DNA of 55,635 nucleotides. Source: a virus. Its lineage: Duplodnaviria; Caudoviricetes. The translations under genes were made by a program, and so were the position numbers. The stretch is taken from IMG/VR virus record IMGVR_UViG_3300003319_000118, positions 1-55,635 of that record, one strand, 5' to 3'. Positions 27,623 to 35,733 of this stretch are shown here, piece after piece. Numbering within the stretch: position 1 is the stretch's first letter; every line of letters starts with the position of its first letter. Below the pieces are notes generated by a model, which did not search any database, was not told the origin of the DNA, and saw only the letters and a program-made list of their open reading frames with translations.

Positions 27623-28045
27623 TCAACTCACCACCAGTCTCCACTGCTGCCCCTTACCGTAACGGCGCGCACCGCCATCAAGTGTATCTATCAGGTCGGG
27701 CAGGTCGCGTTCCTTGCGACAGTACAGAAGCGTCCTACTTGAGACTGAAAGCGCGGCATCAAAAAGAACCGTCTCTAGCCTGTCCATGATGGTGCGTGCC
27801 GTCGCAACCCCTTCGGCCGAGTCTGTATCCTCGGCCCAAGCGTAGAACTGAACCGAGAGGTCATCCGCGACCTTCTGAGTGAAGGTGTAGCCCGCTGGGC
27901 CGCCCAACATCTGCCAGATAAGAAAGGGGGCTTCTGTTCCTTCGGGTGGTGCGCCCTGCCACTGACCGCCGGTGCAGAGCGCCACTAAACTCCCGGCGCC
28001 CGTGTCAGCTAGTAGCTTTGTTTGAAGGGCGGTTTCAACGCTCAA
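27623..28045 (-). CDS. tail terminator / completion protein
   Basis: ALQTKLLAD..APPEGTEAPFLIW..VQFYAW; synteny. Confidence 0.7.
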   Translation of the reverse strand: MSVETALQTKLLADTGAGSLVALCTGGQWQGAPPEGTEAPFLIWQMLGGPAGYTFTQKVADDLSVQFYAWAEDTDSAEGVATARTIMDRLETVLFDAALSVSSRTLLYCRKERDLPDLIDTLDGGARRYGKGQQWRLVVS

Positions 28046-28386
28046 AGAACTTTTATCCTTCTCAGCCGCCGAATCATGTTTGGTCTGACCGCCCCCATTG
28101 AAGTCCGCATCGGCGCGAGAGCGGCCATAGTTGACGTGCCCAGTTCAAGCCACTTCATCGCACCACCTGCTCTTAGTTCATAGTTGCCGCGGGTGTTGCG
28201 GTAGACGTGAATGGTGTCCTGCGTATGGACGTGGCCGGGTTCATCGTTGTCAGAGCGGGGCGTCAACTGAAAGCAAATGCTCGCCGCGTTCTGCGTCTCC
28301 TCTCCAATGATTTCATCGACTCTCTGCCGGAGGTTCTTTGTCGCTTCGGGGATGCGGGAGATGAGTTTTACTTTTGCGCTGAACAT
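28042..28386 (-). CDS. HK97 gp10-like neck protein
   Basis: WLELGTSTMAA..PMR; synteny. Confidence 0.7.
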   Translation of the reverse strand: MFSAKVKLISRIPEATKNLRQRVDEIIGEETQNAASICFQLTPRSDNDEPGHVHTQDTIHVYRNTRGNYELRAGGAMKWLELGTSTMAALAPMRTSMGAVRPNMIRRLRRIKVL

Positions 28387-28595
28387 CGGCGCTTAGTCCT
28401 GCAATTTATCTGGCCATTCCATCGGCATCGTACGGATATGTCCGCCACCTCTGTCATCGCGCAGATACGGGCAGAAGTGGGGCGTTCGCACCTTCACACC
28501 GCACCTCGGACAATGAACCTCTCGCGGCGGTAAGACTGTCGGCGCAAGCCTATTTGGATAAGCCGAAAAACCGCTTTGTGCGTTGCCAACTTGCA

Positions 28596-29000
28596 TCACC
28601 CGTTTCTCAGCACCGCCGTACAGGTTCTCGTGACAACACCCCCGCCCGGGTTGACGACTTCAAGTGTCTTCGCAGGCCAGATGCTCCGGGCCGCTACGAC
28701 TATCCGGTGCTTTGCGCGAAGTATGATCGGCGTCGCCCCGTCGGCACTCACCATCGGCATCGTCACCTCGTGGTCGGTGTACGCGGTGACGGCCCCGCCC
28801 GCGTCTCTTTCCACCCCGGCCTTCTCTTCTACTCGACAAGGGATGTCTGAATACAAGGAGGTGAAGTTCGGCTTATTGCCCCCGGAACTGCCCTGTGTGT
28901 TTGACGGGGATTGAATCGTGCAGGTGTCAGGCATGAAATCGACCGCGGCCTCGGCGTACGCTGCCCGGGCCTCGTCGATGAGATCGCCAACATCACTCAC
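28596..29000 (-). CDS. head closure / head-tail adaptor
   Basis: FMPDTCTI..YSDIPCRV; synteny. Confidence 0.7.
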   Translation of the reverse strand: MSDVGDLIDEARAAYAEAAVDFMPDTCTIQSPSNTQGSSGGNKPNFTSLYSDIPCRVEEKAGVERDAGGAVTAYTDHEVTMPMVSADGATPIILRAKHRIVVAARSIWPAKTLEVVNPGGGVVTRTCTAVLRNG

Positions 29001-29329
29001 CACCTCACCCCCTTCAAAACACTCCCACACGAAGAGATTGCAGATGCCCCCACGCTCAACCCCAGCCTTTGCTGATTCCGCTCTCTCAAGGCTTCCAGAG
29101 ACACGCCGTAGTCAAGCCTGACACCATCCCTCCCGCCTTCGAGCCGCAGGTGCGTCTTATCCTTCCGCGCCGCATAGACCGTCACGTCCGCTGCGACAGC
29201 GTTCTCGATAGCGGTCAATTCTCCGGCGTCGTAGATACGCGCCAGAGAATCTAGCGCCGACTGCGTGGCGTCGGGTGTCTCGCCGATGATTTCCGCTAAC
29301 TCGACAACCTGTGCGGAACTAAGGGGCAT
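28997..29329 (-). CDS. head-tail connector
   Basis: Helical 110 aa; synteny. Confidence 0.55.
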   Translation of the reverse strand: MPLSSAQVVELAEIIGETPDATQSALDSLARIYDAGELTAIENAVAADVTVYAARKDKTHLRLEGGRDGVRLDYGVSLEALRERNQQRLGLSVGASAISSCGSVLKGVRW

Positions 29330-29371
29330 GGCGTCACCTCTTCATCTTCTTTTTCTTCTTGGTCTTCTTCT

Positions 29372-29578
29372 TCACTTCTCCCCCTTCTTCTCTGCCTTCT
29401 TCGCCTTCCACGTGCCCGCGAGGTCGCCGTCCGCGACCCACTTGTCCAGTTGCTCCTGCGTGGCGGCTGCGGCCAACTCGTCTTCCATCCCGGCCTTGAA
29501 GACTTGGCTCCTCGCTCTCCCTTCCTTCTGGATGGGGAAGCGGATGCCGTGCAGAATTTCTCTGTCGTCTTTTGCCAT
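29372..29578 (-). CDS. small protein downstream of capsid genes
   Basis: GGAG RBS. Confidence 0.55.
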   Translation of the reverse strand: MAKDDREILHGIRFPIQKEGRARSQVFKAGMEDELAAAATQEQLDKWVADGDLAGTWKAKKAEKKGEK

Positions 29579-29589
29579 CTTGTTCTCCG

Positions 29590-30450
29590 TTAGGGCTTGA
29601 AGACCGTGGCGCGCACGGTTGCCGCCGCCGGGTTCGAGAGCGCCGTGGTTGAGTTCGTCAGGTTACAGCGCTTCACCGTGACGGTGTTCGCACTCGACAC
29701 ATAACCTTGAAAACTCTGGTAGGTGTCTGAGGCTGCCAATGCCGCCGGGATGCCTAAAGAGACCGGGTTCCCGTCGGCCGCCCCCGTCACGGTGATGGTC
29801 AGGGAATCGCACGTCCCCGCGGCCGTCGCCCCGAAGTCCAGCGAAGCCGTCCCCGAGAGCAGGCTGAGCGTGGCCTGACTCTGAAACCTGATGTCCGCCG
29901 TGGTGTACGAGACGGCGTTGTAACCATCATGCGCCGCGTCGTACAGGTCGAGGCCGTAAGTAAACTTCGACCCCGCGGTCGAATTGTTCGACATGACCTT
30001 GAAGGCCGCGCCCGCAGTCGTCAGCGCCGAGTCGCCGTCGATGTAGGCCACCACAGCCCCGTCGGCCGTGGTCGTGCCGTCACCGATGCCGGCCAGCACG
30101 GCCCCCACAGGGTAGGTCGAGGCGTTCGTGCCCGCGATGTTGTAGTGGAAAATCCCGCCGCCGATGTAGTTCCCGGCCTTTGTCAGATTCGTGCCGAAGA
30201 CGTTCCCCATGACGGGCGAGAGGAACTTTCCCGTGGTGCCGCCGGCCGCCGCTCCCAAATTCAGGTCGATGGCGACGGGCTGGAAAGAACCTGTGCCTGT
30301 ATAGGCAGCGGGGCTATAGGTGATGTAGGCGCGCTCGGCCAGACGCTGCTCTCGGGCGGGGGAGCCGAGGCGCTGCTGCGCGAAGGCCCCCGCCACTAAA
30401 CAGCACAGGACGAGGCAGGCAAGGAGAGTGAGTTTGTTTCGTCTGTTCAT
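29590..30450 (-). CDS. head fibre/decoration-like protein with signal-peptide-like N-terminus
   Basis: Gly/Ala/Thr-rich; ASLDFG..TITVTGAADG..VSSANTVTV; GGAGG RBS. Confidence 0.65.
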   Translation of the reverse strand: MNRRNKLTLLACLVLCCLVAGAFAQQRLGSPAREQRLAERAYITYSPAAYTGTGSFQPVAIDLNLGAAAGGTTGKFLSPVMGNVFGTNLTKAGNYIGGGIFHYNIAGTNASTYPVGAVLAGIGDGTTTADGAVVAYIDGDSALTTAGAAFKVMSNNSTAGSKFTYGLDLYDAAHDGYNAVSYTTADIRFQSQATLSLLSGTASLDFGATAAGTCDSLTITVTGAADGNPVSLGIPAALAASDTYQSFQGYVSSANTVTVKRCNLTNSTTALSNPAAATVRATVFKP

Positions 30451-30460
30451 CTACCCCTCC

Positions 30461-31510
30461 TTACCTGACGCCCGAGTCAACGACAAACACCTTCTGCTCA
30501 TTCGGCACCGTGATAGGGTTGACCTGCACGGAGACCTTCAGCTCCTTGCCTTCGTTCGACTCGGAGTAGTAGACCGTCTGCCCGTTCTCGTCAATCCCGC
30601 TGTTCGGAAGTGACTCCACCAAGTCCTGCGCGCGGGTGACAGGCGCGAACGCTGTGCGACCCACGCGCCCCCCCGAGGGGATCGCCGCGACGCGACCCGC
30701 GGGCCAGACGACTGCCGAGGCCGTCACAATCCCGCCGTCGGTGAAGTCGTCCACGGTGTCATCGAAGGTGATGAAGTCGAAGGGACGGCCCAACTCCTGC
30801 GAGATGCGGTCGGCGGCCTGCGAGACCGTGATGGGGCTGTTGTTAATCTCGGGGCCGTCGGCGACAATCTCCCGCATGGTGAGCGTGTCCATCAAAGCGC
30901 CTTCGGTCGCGCCGATGTAGTTGGGCGCGTCCTGCATGAAAGCGATGAACTCGTCCCACGCGTTGACCCCGGGGTCGTCCCACGCCGTGCCGGCCGTCGT
31001 AATACGTGCGGAGTCGAACCCGAAACTGGCGACGTAGGACTCACCCGTCTGTGGGTTCATCACCGTCACCGTCCCCAGAGCCCAGGCGGTAAAGGCGTCC
31101 ACTTCGATGCGCCGGTAGTTGGCCTCGGTGATATGCCGAACCTTGCGCGGGATGGAGCGGCCGATGATTTCGTTGACTCGCTGAGCATTTGAGCCCGCAC
31201 GCTCGCGCAACTTCTGCATCTCGTACTCACCCCACTTGAAGTAGCCTTCAACGGGCAGGATGACGATGTTGCGGAAGTCTGGCGTCTTGTCGGGAATGAG
31301 CCGACCGGGGGCATTCCACGCGCGGCGTCCCGAGACGGGACGGAAGTCAAGCGTGGTCACTTCGTCCAGGTCAACGGAGTCCACGTCTTCGCGCGGGAAG
31401 AACAGGTCCCACTTGAGCATCCCTTGATTGGTCGGGCTGATGGTCTGCGCGAGAACCGTGAGAGCGGCCTCAGACAGCTCCTCAACCACGGGTATGAGTG
31501 ATCGCGGCAT
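30461..31510 (-). CDS. major capsid protein (lambda gpE-like)
   Basis: 349 aa; LFFPREDV, ANYRRIE; follows scaffold and decoration genes. Confidence 0.85.
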   Translation of the reverse strand: MPRSLIPVVEELSEAALTVLAQTISPTNQGMLKWDLFFPREDVDSVDLDEVTTLDFRPVSGRRAWNAPGRLIPDKTPDFRNIVILPVEGYFKWGEYEMQKLRERAGSNAQRVNEIIGRSIPRKVRHITEANYRRIEVDAFTAWALGTVTVMNPQTGESYVASFGFDSARITTAGTAWDDPGVNAWDEFIAFMQDAPNYIGATEGALMDTLTMREIVADGPEINNSPITVSQAADRISQELGRPFDFITFDDTVDDFTDGGIVTASAVVWPAGRVAAIPSGGRVGRTAFAPVTRAQDLVESLPNSGIDENGQTVYYSESNEGKELKVSVQVNPITVPNEQKVFVVDSGVR

Positions 31511-31527
31511 CTGGTCTCTCCTCTCTC

Positions 31528-31941
31528 TTAGGTTCTGGTCAGGCGAATTTGCGACCCGGCGGCGAGGAACGCGGCCAGTTCATTCGCTGTGTAGGCGCGG
31601 CCCATGTTGTCCTCGGCCACGTCACGGTTAACCGACCCGGCAGTGCCCATGCCGAGCGGGCGCGTCCCCGTGTCCGCGGCGAGGCTCGCGTTGGTCGGCG
31701 GGACGGTAGCGAGTTGAAGGTCTTGGGCTTCGGGATTGACGGCATAGACGTACTCACCTGATGTGCCATCAGCGAGCGTGCCATCAATCTTGAAGGCGAC
31801 GCCGGGCTTCAGGAATCCATCAGCGTCAACCTCGTCTGTAGTTAGTTCCGACAGGTCAACCACCACCTGCTGCTGGTCAAGCATGGTGATGAACGGCGGG
31901 CCGTAAACGGTAGTGCCCGCGGTCTTAGTCACTTTCAACAT
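31528..31941 (-). CDS. head decoration protein
   Basis: DGFLKPG motif; lies between scaffold and MCP. Confidence 0.7.
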   Translation of the reverse strand: MLKVTKTAGTTVYGPPFITMLDQQQVVVDLSELTTDEVDADGFLKPGVAFKIDGTLADGTSGEYVYAVNPEAQDLQLATVPPTNASLAADTGTRPLGMGTAGSVNRDVAEDNMGRAYTANELAAFLAAGSQIRLTRT

Positions 31942-31958
31942 GGCTTAGTATTCTCCCG

Positions 31959-32657
31959 TCAGGACGCGCGCCGACTGAACCACCTCTCCCTGACCGAACC
32001 CGTAGCGGGGGGAGCCGCCTTCTCCTGACGCTCCTTTTCCTGTTGGCGGATTCGCTCTAAGGTCGAGAGGTTCCCGGCCGGCGGGGGGTCGCCCCCGTTG
32101 CCGCCGCGCCTCTGCTGCTGTTGGCCCGCGTCTGCCTTGAGCGCCGGCTCATAGTCCGCCCAATTCTCTTTGGCGAACTGCTCAAGCGGGAGTTCCTTGC
32201 CCCCGTGCTTCACCGTGACAGCCTTGCCGTCCTTCTCTTCCTTGACGACGTACTCGGGACGCTCGGCATCGGGGAACTTACCGTCGAGGTCTTCAAGCAC
32301 CGAGAGCTTCAGCTTTGAACCGCCGTAACCCACGTCGCTCACATCGCGCAGGTTGTCTTTCCGGCGCAGCTTTGCGGCCTCCACCGTGTCCTTCTCGGCC
32401 TGCGTAAGCGCCGCGGCGATGTCCTCGGGCTTCTTGCCGAGCGCCTTGAACTTCTCCCAGCGCTCGCCGTCGGCTTTCGAGAGCACAACGGAACCATCGG
32501 CCGGGACTTTCTCCCGCAAATCGCGGTTCTTTGAGCGGAGGTCGAAGTTTTCCGAAAGTAGCGTCATGGCGAGCGCCATCGCGTCGCCTTTGTGCTTGTC
32601 GAGGAGCTTCTGTAGCGCCTCTGCCGGATTCCCGCCCTGCGGGTCGCCTTCTGGCAT
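31959..32657 (-). CDS. capsid scaffolding protein
   Basis: Charged coiled coil, GGNGGDPPP linker; AAGGAG RBS. Confidence 0.78.
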   Translation of the reverse strand: MPEGDPQGGNPAEALQKLLDKHKGDAMALAMTLLSENFDLRSKNRDLREKVPADGSVVLSKADGERWEKFKALGKKPEDIAAALTQAEKDTVEAAKLRRKDNLRDVSDVGYGGSKLKLSVLEDLDGKFPDAERPEYVVKEEKDGKAVTVKHGGKELPLEQFAKENWADYEPALKADAGQQQQRRGGNGGDPPPAGNLSTLERIRQQEKERQEKAAPPATGSVRERWFSRRAS

Positions 32658-32660
32658 GTG

Positions 32661-32760
32661 AGTCTCCTTGAGACTGAAAATAGAAAAAGGCCGCTTGCGG
32701 TCGTCTAAACTGACGACTACAAGCGGCCTCTAAAAAATTGATGCCTGATTATTTAGTTGT
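32661..32760 (-). promoter_or_regulatory. structured leader of head genes
   Basis: AGGCCGCTTG..CAAGCGGCCT plus U-tract; AGTCTC-AAG-GAGACT hairpin covers the RBS. Confidence 0.65.
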
Positions 32761-32762
32761 TA

Positions 32763-32879
32763 CTGAACGAGGGTAACAGGATTCGAACCTGTGGGCGAAA
32801 GGCTATGGAGTATTCAGTCTCAGCCTTAACGCCCTAGCTGGTATCACCGATAAACCGCTCCGGCATACCGCCCGCTCAG
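32763..32879 (-). ncRNA. tRNA-like RNA without canonical anticodon arm
   Basis: Ser/Leu-like D region GCCGGAGCGGTTTATCGG; T arm ACAGG-TTCGAAT-CCTGT; extended acceptor; long arm GGGCG..CGCCC; TATAAT upstream. Confidence 0.65.
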
Positions 32880-32955
32880 CTTTCAAACACGGCACGCATT
32901 ATACAGGAAAAGTGCGCGGCGCAACATAAAACTTCAAAACTTTTTCACGCCACCT

Positions 32956-33153
32956 TTAACAACTGCGCCGCCTCTCTATGTCTGCGCGCATTCGCGCATT
33001 CAGCGCTTCTAACCTCTTGAAAGGATAGCCGAGTGCCTTGTGGCACTCTTCCAGTTCGGCGGCATCGCGGCGAGACGTTCTCTGCAACCACCAAAGAAGC
33101 ATGACTAGTGCCACGCCGCCGATAGCCAAAACGCACCATAACGCTAAGTCCAT
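32956..33153 (-). CDS. small membrane protein (moron)
   Basis: N-terminal TM; TATACT 6 nt before ATG. Confidence 0.55.
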   Translation of the reverse strand: MDLALWCVLAIGGVALVMLLWWLQRTSRRDAAELEECHKALGYPFKRLEALNARMRADIERRRSC

Positions 33154-33174
33154 GATTAAAGTATACTCCCAATT

Positions 33175-33387
33175 TCACGCCACTTTCAAAACCTTCGCTG
33201 CCTCTACTACTACAAATCCGCGCGCTGCCAGATAGATAATCATCTCCTCAACGGTGAACACCTCGCGGTGCGTGTCCCCGCCGTGGCGAAAGTCAACGCT
33301 TAATCCCTCCTCCGTTTCAACGAACGTGGCGCGGGAGCAAGTGGGGCGGTGACACCGCTTGATGTTGTTGTCTCTCTGTGCGCTCAT
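33175..33387 (-). CDS. small Cys/His zinc-finger-like protein
   Basis: CHRPTC...RHGGDTH. Confidence 0.65.
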   Translation of the reverse strand: MSAQRDNNIKRCHRPTCSRATFVETEEGLSVDFRHGGDTHREVFTVEEMIIYLAARGFVVVEAAKVLKVA

Positions 33388-33389
33388 CC

Positions 33390-33923
33390 CTACAAACTCT
33401 CAAACGTGAACGGCCCGCGCACACTGTCACACCATCGCTCTGCGGCCTCTAGTGCGACTTTTAACCGACCTTCCGGCTCTAACGTCCTCGCGGCGTACAT
33501 GGCCCCTAGCGCAACCTCACAGCCGCTCCCAACCGCGTTGTAGCCGTCAACCTCGTTGGTTAGCGCAAAGCTCCCGTCCACAAGGAAGAGGGCACCGCGA
33601 ACGCCCACAAGCACACTACCCGCATAGGCCGCGCCCTCGTCTTCTTTCGGGGGTTGCAGCCCGGCCCGCTCAAAGCACTTCGCCAGTGCGGGCACGAACC
33701 TGCGCGCCATGTGAGCAGTCACGTCGCCTTTAACCGGTGGAGGATTGAAGAGAAACCGCACTACATCAGAGATGCGTGCCAGTCCGCAACAGCCAATCAG
33801 GAACTCACCTTTGCGGAAGACCTTTGGCGTACCATCTACGTTGACAATGCCGTTGCAAATAGAGCCGGAGTCACCGCCCATCCAGACCTTTCCCGTTTCC
33901 GCTATGCCGACGATGCAGGTCAC
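33390..33923 (-). CDS. HslV/proteasome-beta-like Ntn peptidase
   Basis: MTCIVG..GGDS..KVF..AVGSG..ALGAM..VRGPF. Confidence 0.85.
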   Translation of the reverse strand: MTCIVGIAETGKVWMGGDSGSICNGIVNVDGTPKVFRKGEFLIGCCGLARISDVVRFLFNPPPVKGDVTAHMARRFVPALAKCFERAGLQPPKEDEGAAYAGSVLVGVRGALFLVDGSFALTNEVDGYNAVGSGCEVALGAMYAARTLEPEGRLKVALEAAERWCDSVRGPFTFESL

Positions 33924-34177
33924 GCCGCTGGCCTTTCACTGTTCGCGGTCTTGCCATCAAACTCAGTAAGTAAGCGCTGCCACTCTTCAAGGGACAGATT
34001 TCGCCGCCGCGCTTCTTTTTCAAGTAGTAATTGCGGCCGGTCGCTTAACGTTCCTGCGCGCATACGGGAATAGTAATGGTGGACTAACTCTGCGGGCGTG
34101 GCTTCCCTCAACACGGTAGGGTCAACTGCCGGGCTTCTCGTATTCAACAGGAAGATTGTAGTGTCGCTTATGCTCAT
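33920..34177 (-). CDS. hypothetical protein
   Basis: Coupled at both ends. Confidence 0.55.
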   Translation of the reverse strand: MSISDTTIFLLNTRSPAVDPTVLREATPAELVHHYYSRMRAGTLSDRPQLLLEKEARRRNLSLEEWQRLLTEFDGKTANSERPAA

Positions 34178-35730
34178 TCTTCACCCTCCGGCTTCGCGCT
34201 TCGCGCCTTCAATATCTCGTCAGCCCGCTCCGGCGTGTAGCCCAACTCAATCAACCGCGTCCGGTCGTCAATTAGCCCCTCCTGCGCCTTCGCGTTCGTC
34301 AACTTCTTCTCCTTCAATTCCTCCTCTTCCATCGGCGTGCTCTGCACAAGGAGCGGCCGGCGAAGCGAGAAATTAAGTTTGCCCTTTGAGTAAGAGTCCA
34401 AATCAAACTCTCGGAAGGCTTCATGCTGAGCATCCCGCATCGTCCACCCGTTCCTAGTTCTCCACCCAGCGATAGCCACGCCCATCTGTTTGAGTTTGAC
34501 GACCTGCTGACCATATTGAGCAAACGCACGGTCAAGCTTCGACTGTGAAGGGGCGAGCAGGCGTTCGAGGGTTCCGAGTGCGAGCTGGCTCTTGTTCTGA
34601 ATAATCTCCTGCGCCTGTAGTTCGGGATACCGCTTCTCAAAAGCCGTGAGCAGCCTTTCGATCTGCGGGTCTAGCTGTGACAACTCAAAGGATGAGCCCA
34701 AATCCGAGACTGAACCTGTACCCGAAGCCTTCAGCACCGTCCAGTCGTAGCGCGTGTCGTAAGGATGGATGCCGCCTTCCGCGTTGCGCTTCGACTCACC
34801 TGACGCGCCCGTGACAGGGAGAATGTCGCCGTCGGTGAAGATGATTTTGCCAGCCTCGATAGCCTTGTGCCCGTGGTCATGCCCGTGTGAGGCGAGAGAA
34901 TTAACCTCGTCAACTAATGTGTGGTCTGAGACGGCCGCCAAACCCCGCAATTCCCCGTCGTCGGCGTGCTTGCACCAGACCATCGGTACGAAGCTGTAAG
35001 GGTTATCGTAGACGCCGCGCGAGACATAATGCGCGTCGTTCGTGCCGCGCTCGGGCGGGTCGAAGGGGCGCTTGTCTCTGAAGTAGCGGAAGGACTCTCC
35101 GTCCACCTCCTTGCGGAAGGTGTAGGTTTCAGACTCTTCTCTGACCTTGTACTGCAACGCATAGGCTTTGACGTTTCCGGCTTCGTCAAGCTTTAGTGCG
35201 TCAAGGTCTATCCATGACGGCCAGAGTATCCGGTGCGTGACCTTCTGCGCGCGGTCGAGGTCTAGGACTTCAGCGCCCACACTACCGAGCGCTGCCCCGT
35301 ACCTGACAAAGCGCTGACTCTCAGAGAGCCAGTTAGACCACTGGTCGAGTTGCGCGATAGCGAGTTGCAGCGCCGGGTCGGTGCCGTCAACCAGCGGCGT
35401 CGCCAGATGTGCGAGCGTGACGCCCCTGTCGTCTTTGACCTCCTGCGCGACGCCGGGGAAGAGATGGTCTTCATAGAAGGCGACTATGGTCGGAACCGGG
35501 TTAAAAAGAAGACGAGTGTAGTTGTAGAGCGCCTGTCCAAGCTGCCTGCAAAGATTAAGATACCCTTGTGAATAGACGTAAGCAGAGTTATTACGATAGT
35601 ACGCCCAGAGGCGGTCGTATTCGGTCGCTAGTGCATCCTGACTCTGAGCCCTGACACTCGCGCCGGGGCTGCGGAACTCCGCCAAGCCCGCTCTCCATCC
35701 TGTCGTTATGGCGTCCATCAGTCTCCCCAC
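34174..35730 (-). CDS. portal protein
   Basis: 518 aa right after terL; LWAYY, YDNPYSFVPMV. Confidence 0.82.
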   Translation of the reverse strand: MGRLMDAITTGWRAGLAEFRSPGASVRAQSQDALATEYDRLWAYYRNNSAYVYSQGYLNLCRQLGQALYNYTRLLFNPVPTIVAFYEDHLFPGVAQEVKDDRGVTLAHLATPLVDGTDPALQLAIAQLDQWSNWLSESQRFVRYGAALGSVGAEVLDLDRAQKVTHRILWPSWIDLDALKLDEAGNVKAYALQYKVREESETYTFRKEVDGESFRYFRDKRPFDPPERGTNDAHYVSRGVYDNPYSFVPMVWCKHADDGELRGLAAVSDHTLVDEVNSLASHGHDHGHKAIEAGKIIFTDGDILPVTGASGESKRNAEGGIHPYDTRYDWTVLKASGTGSVSDLGSSFELSQLDPQIERLLTAFEKRYPELQAQEIIQNKSQLALGTLERLLAPSQSKLDRAFAQYGQQVVKLKQMGVAIAGWRTRNGWTMRDAQHEAFREFDLDSYSKGKLNFSLRRPLLVQSTPMEEEELKEKKLTNAKAQEGLIDDRTRLIELGYTPERADEILKARSAKPEGEE

Positions 35731-35733
35731 TGG

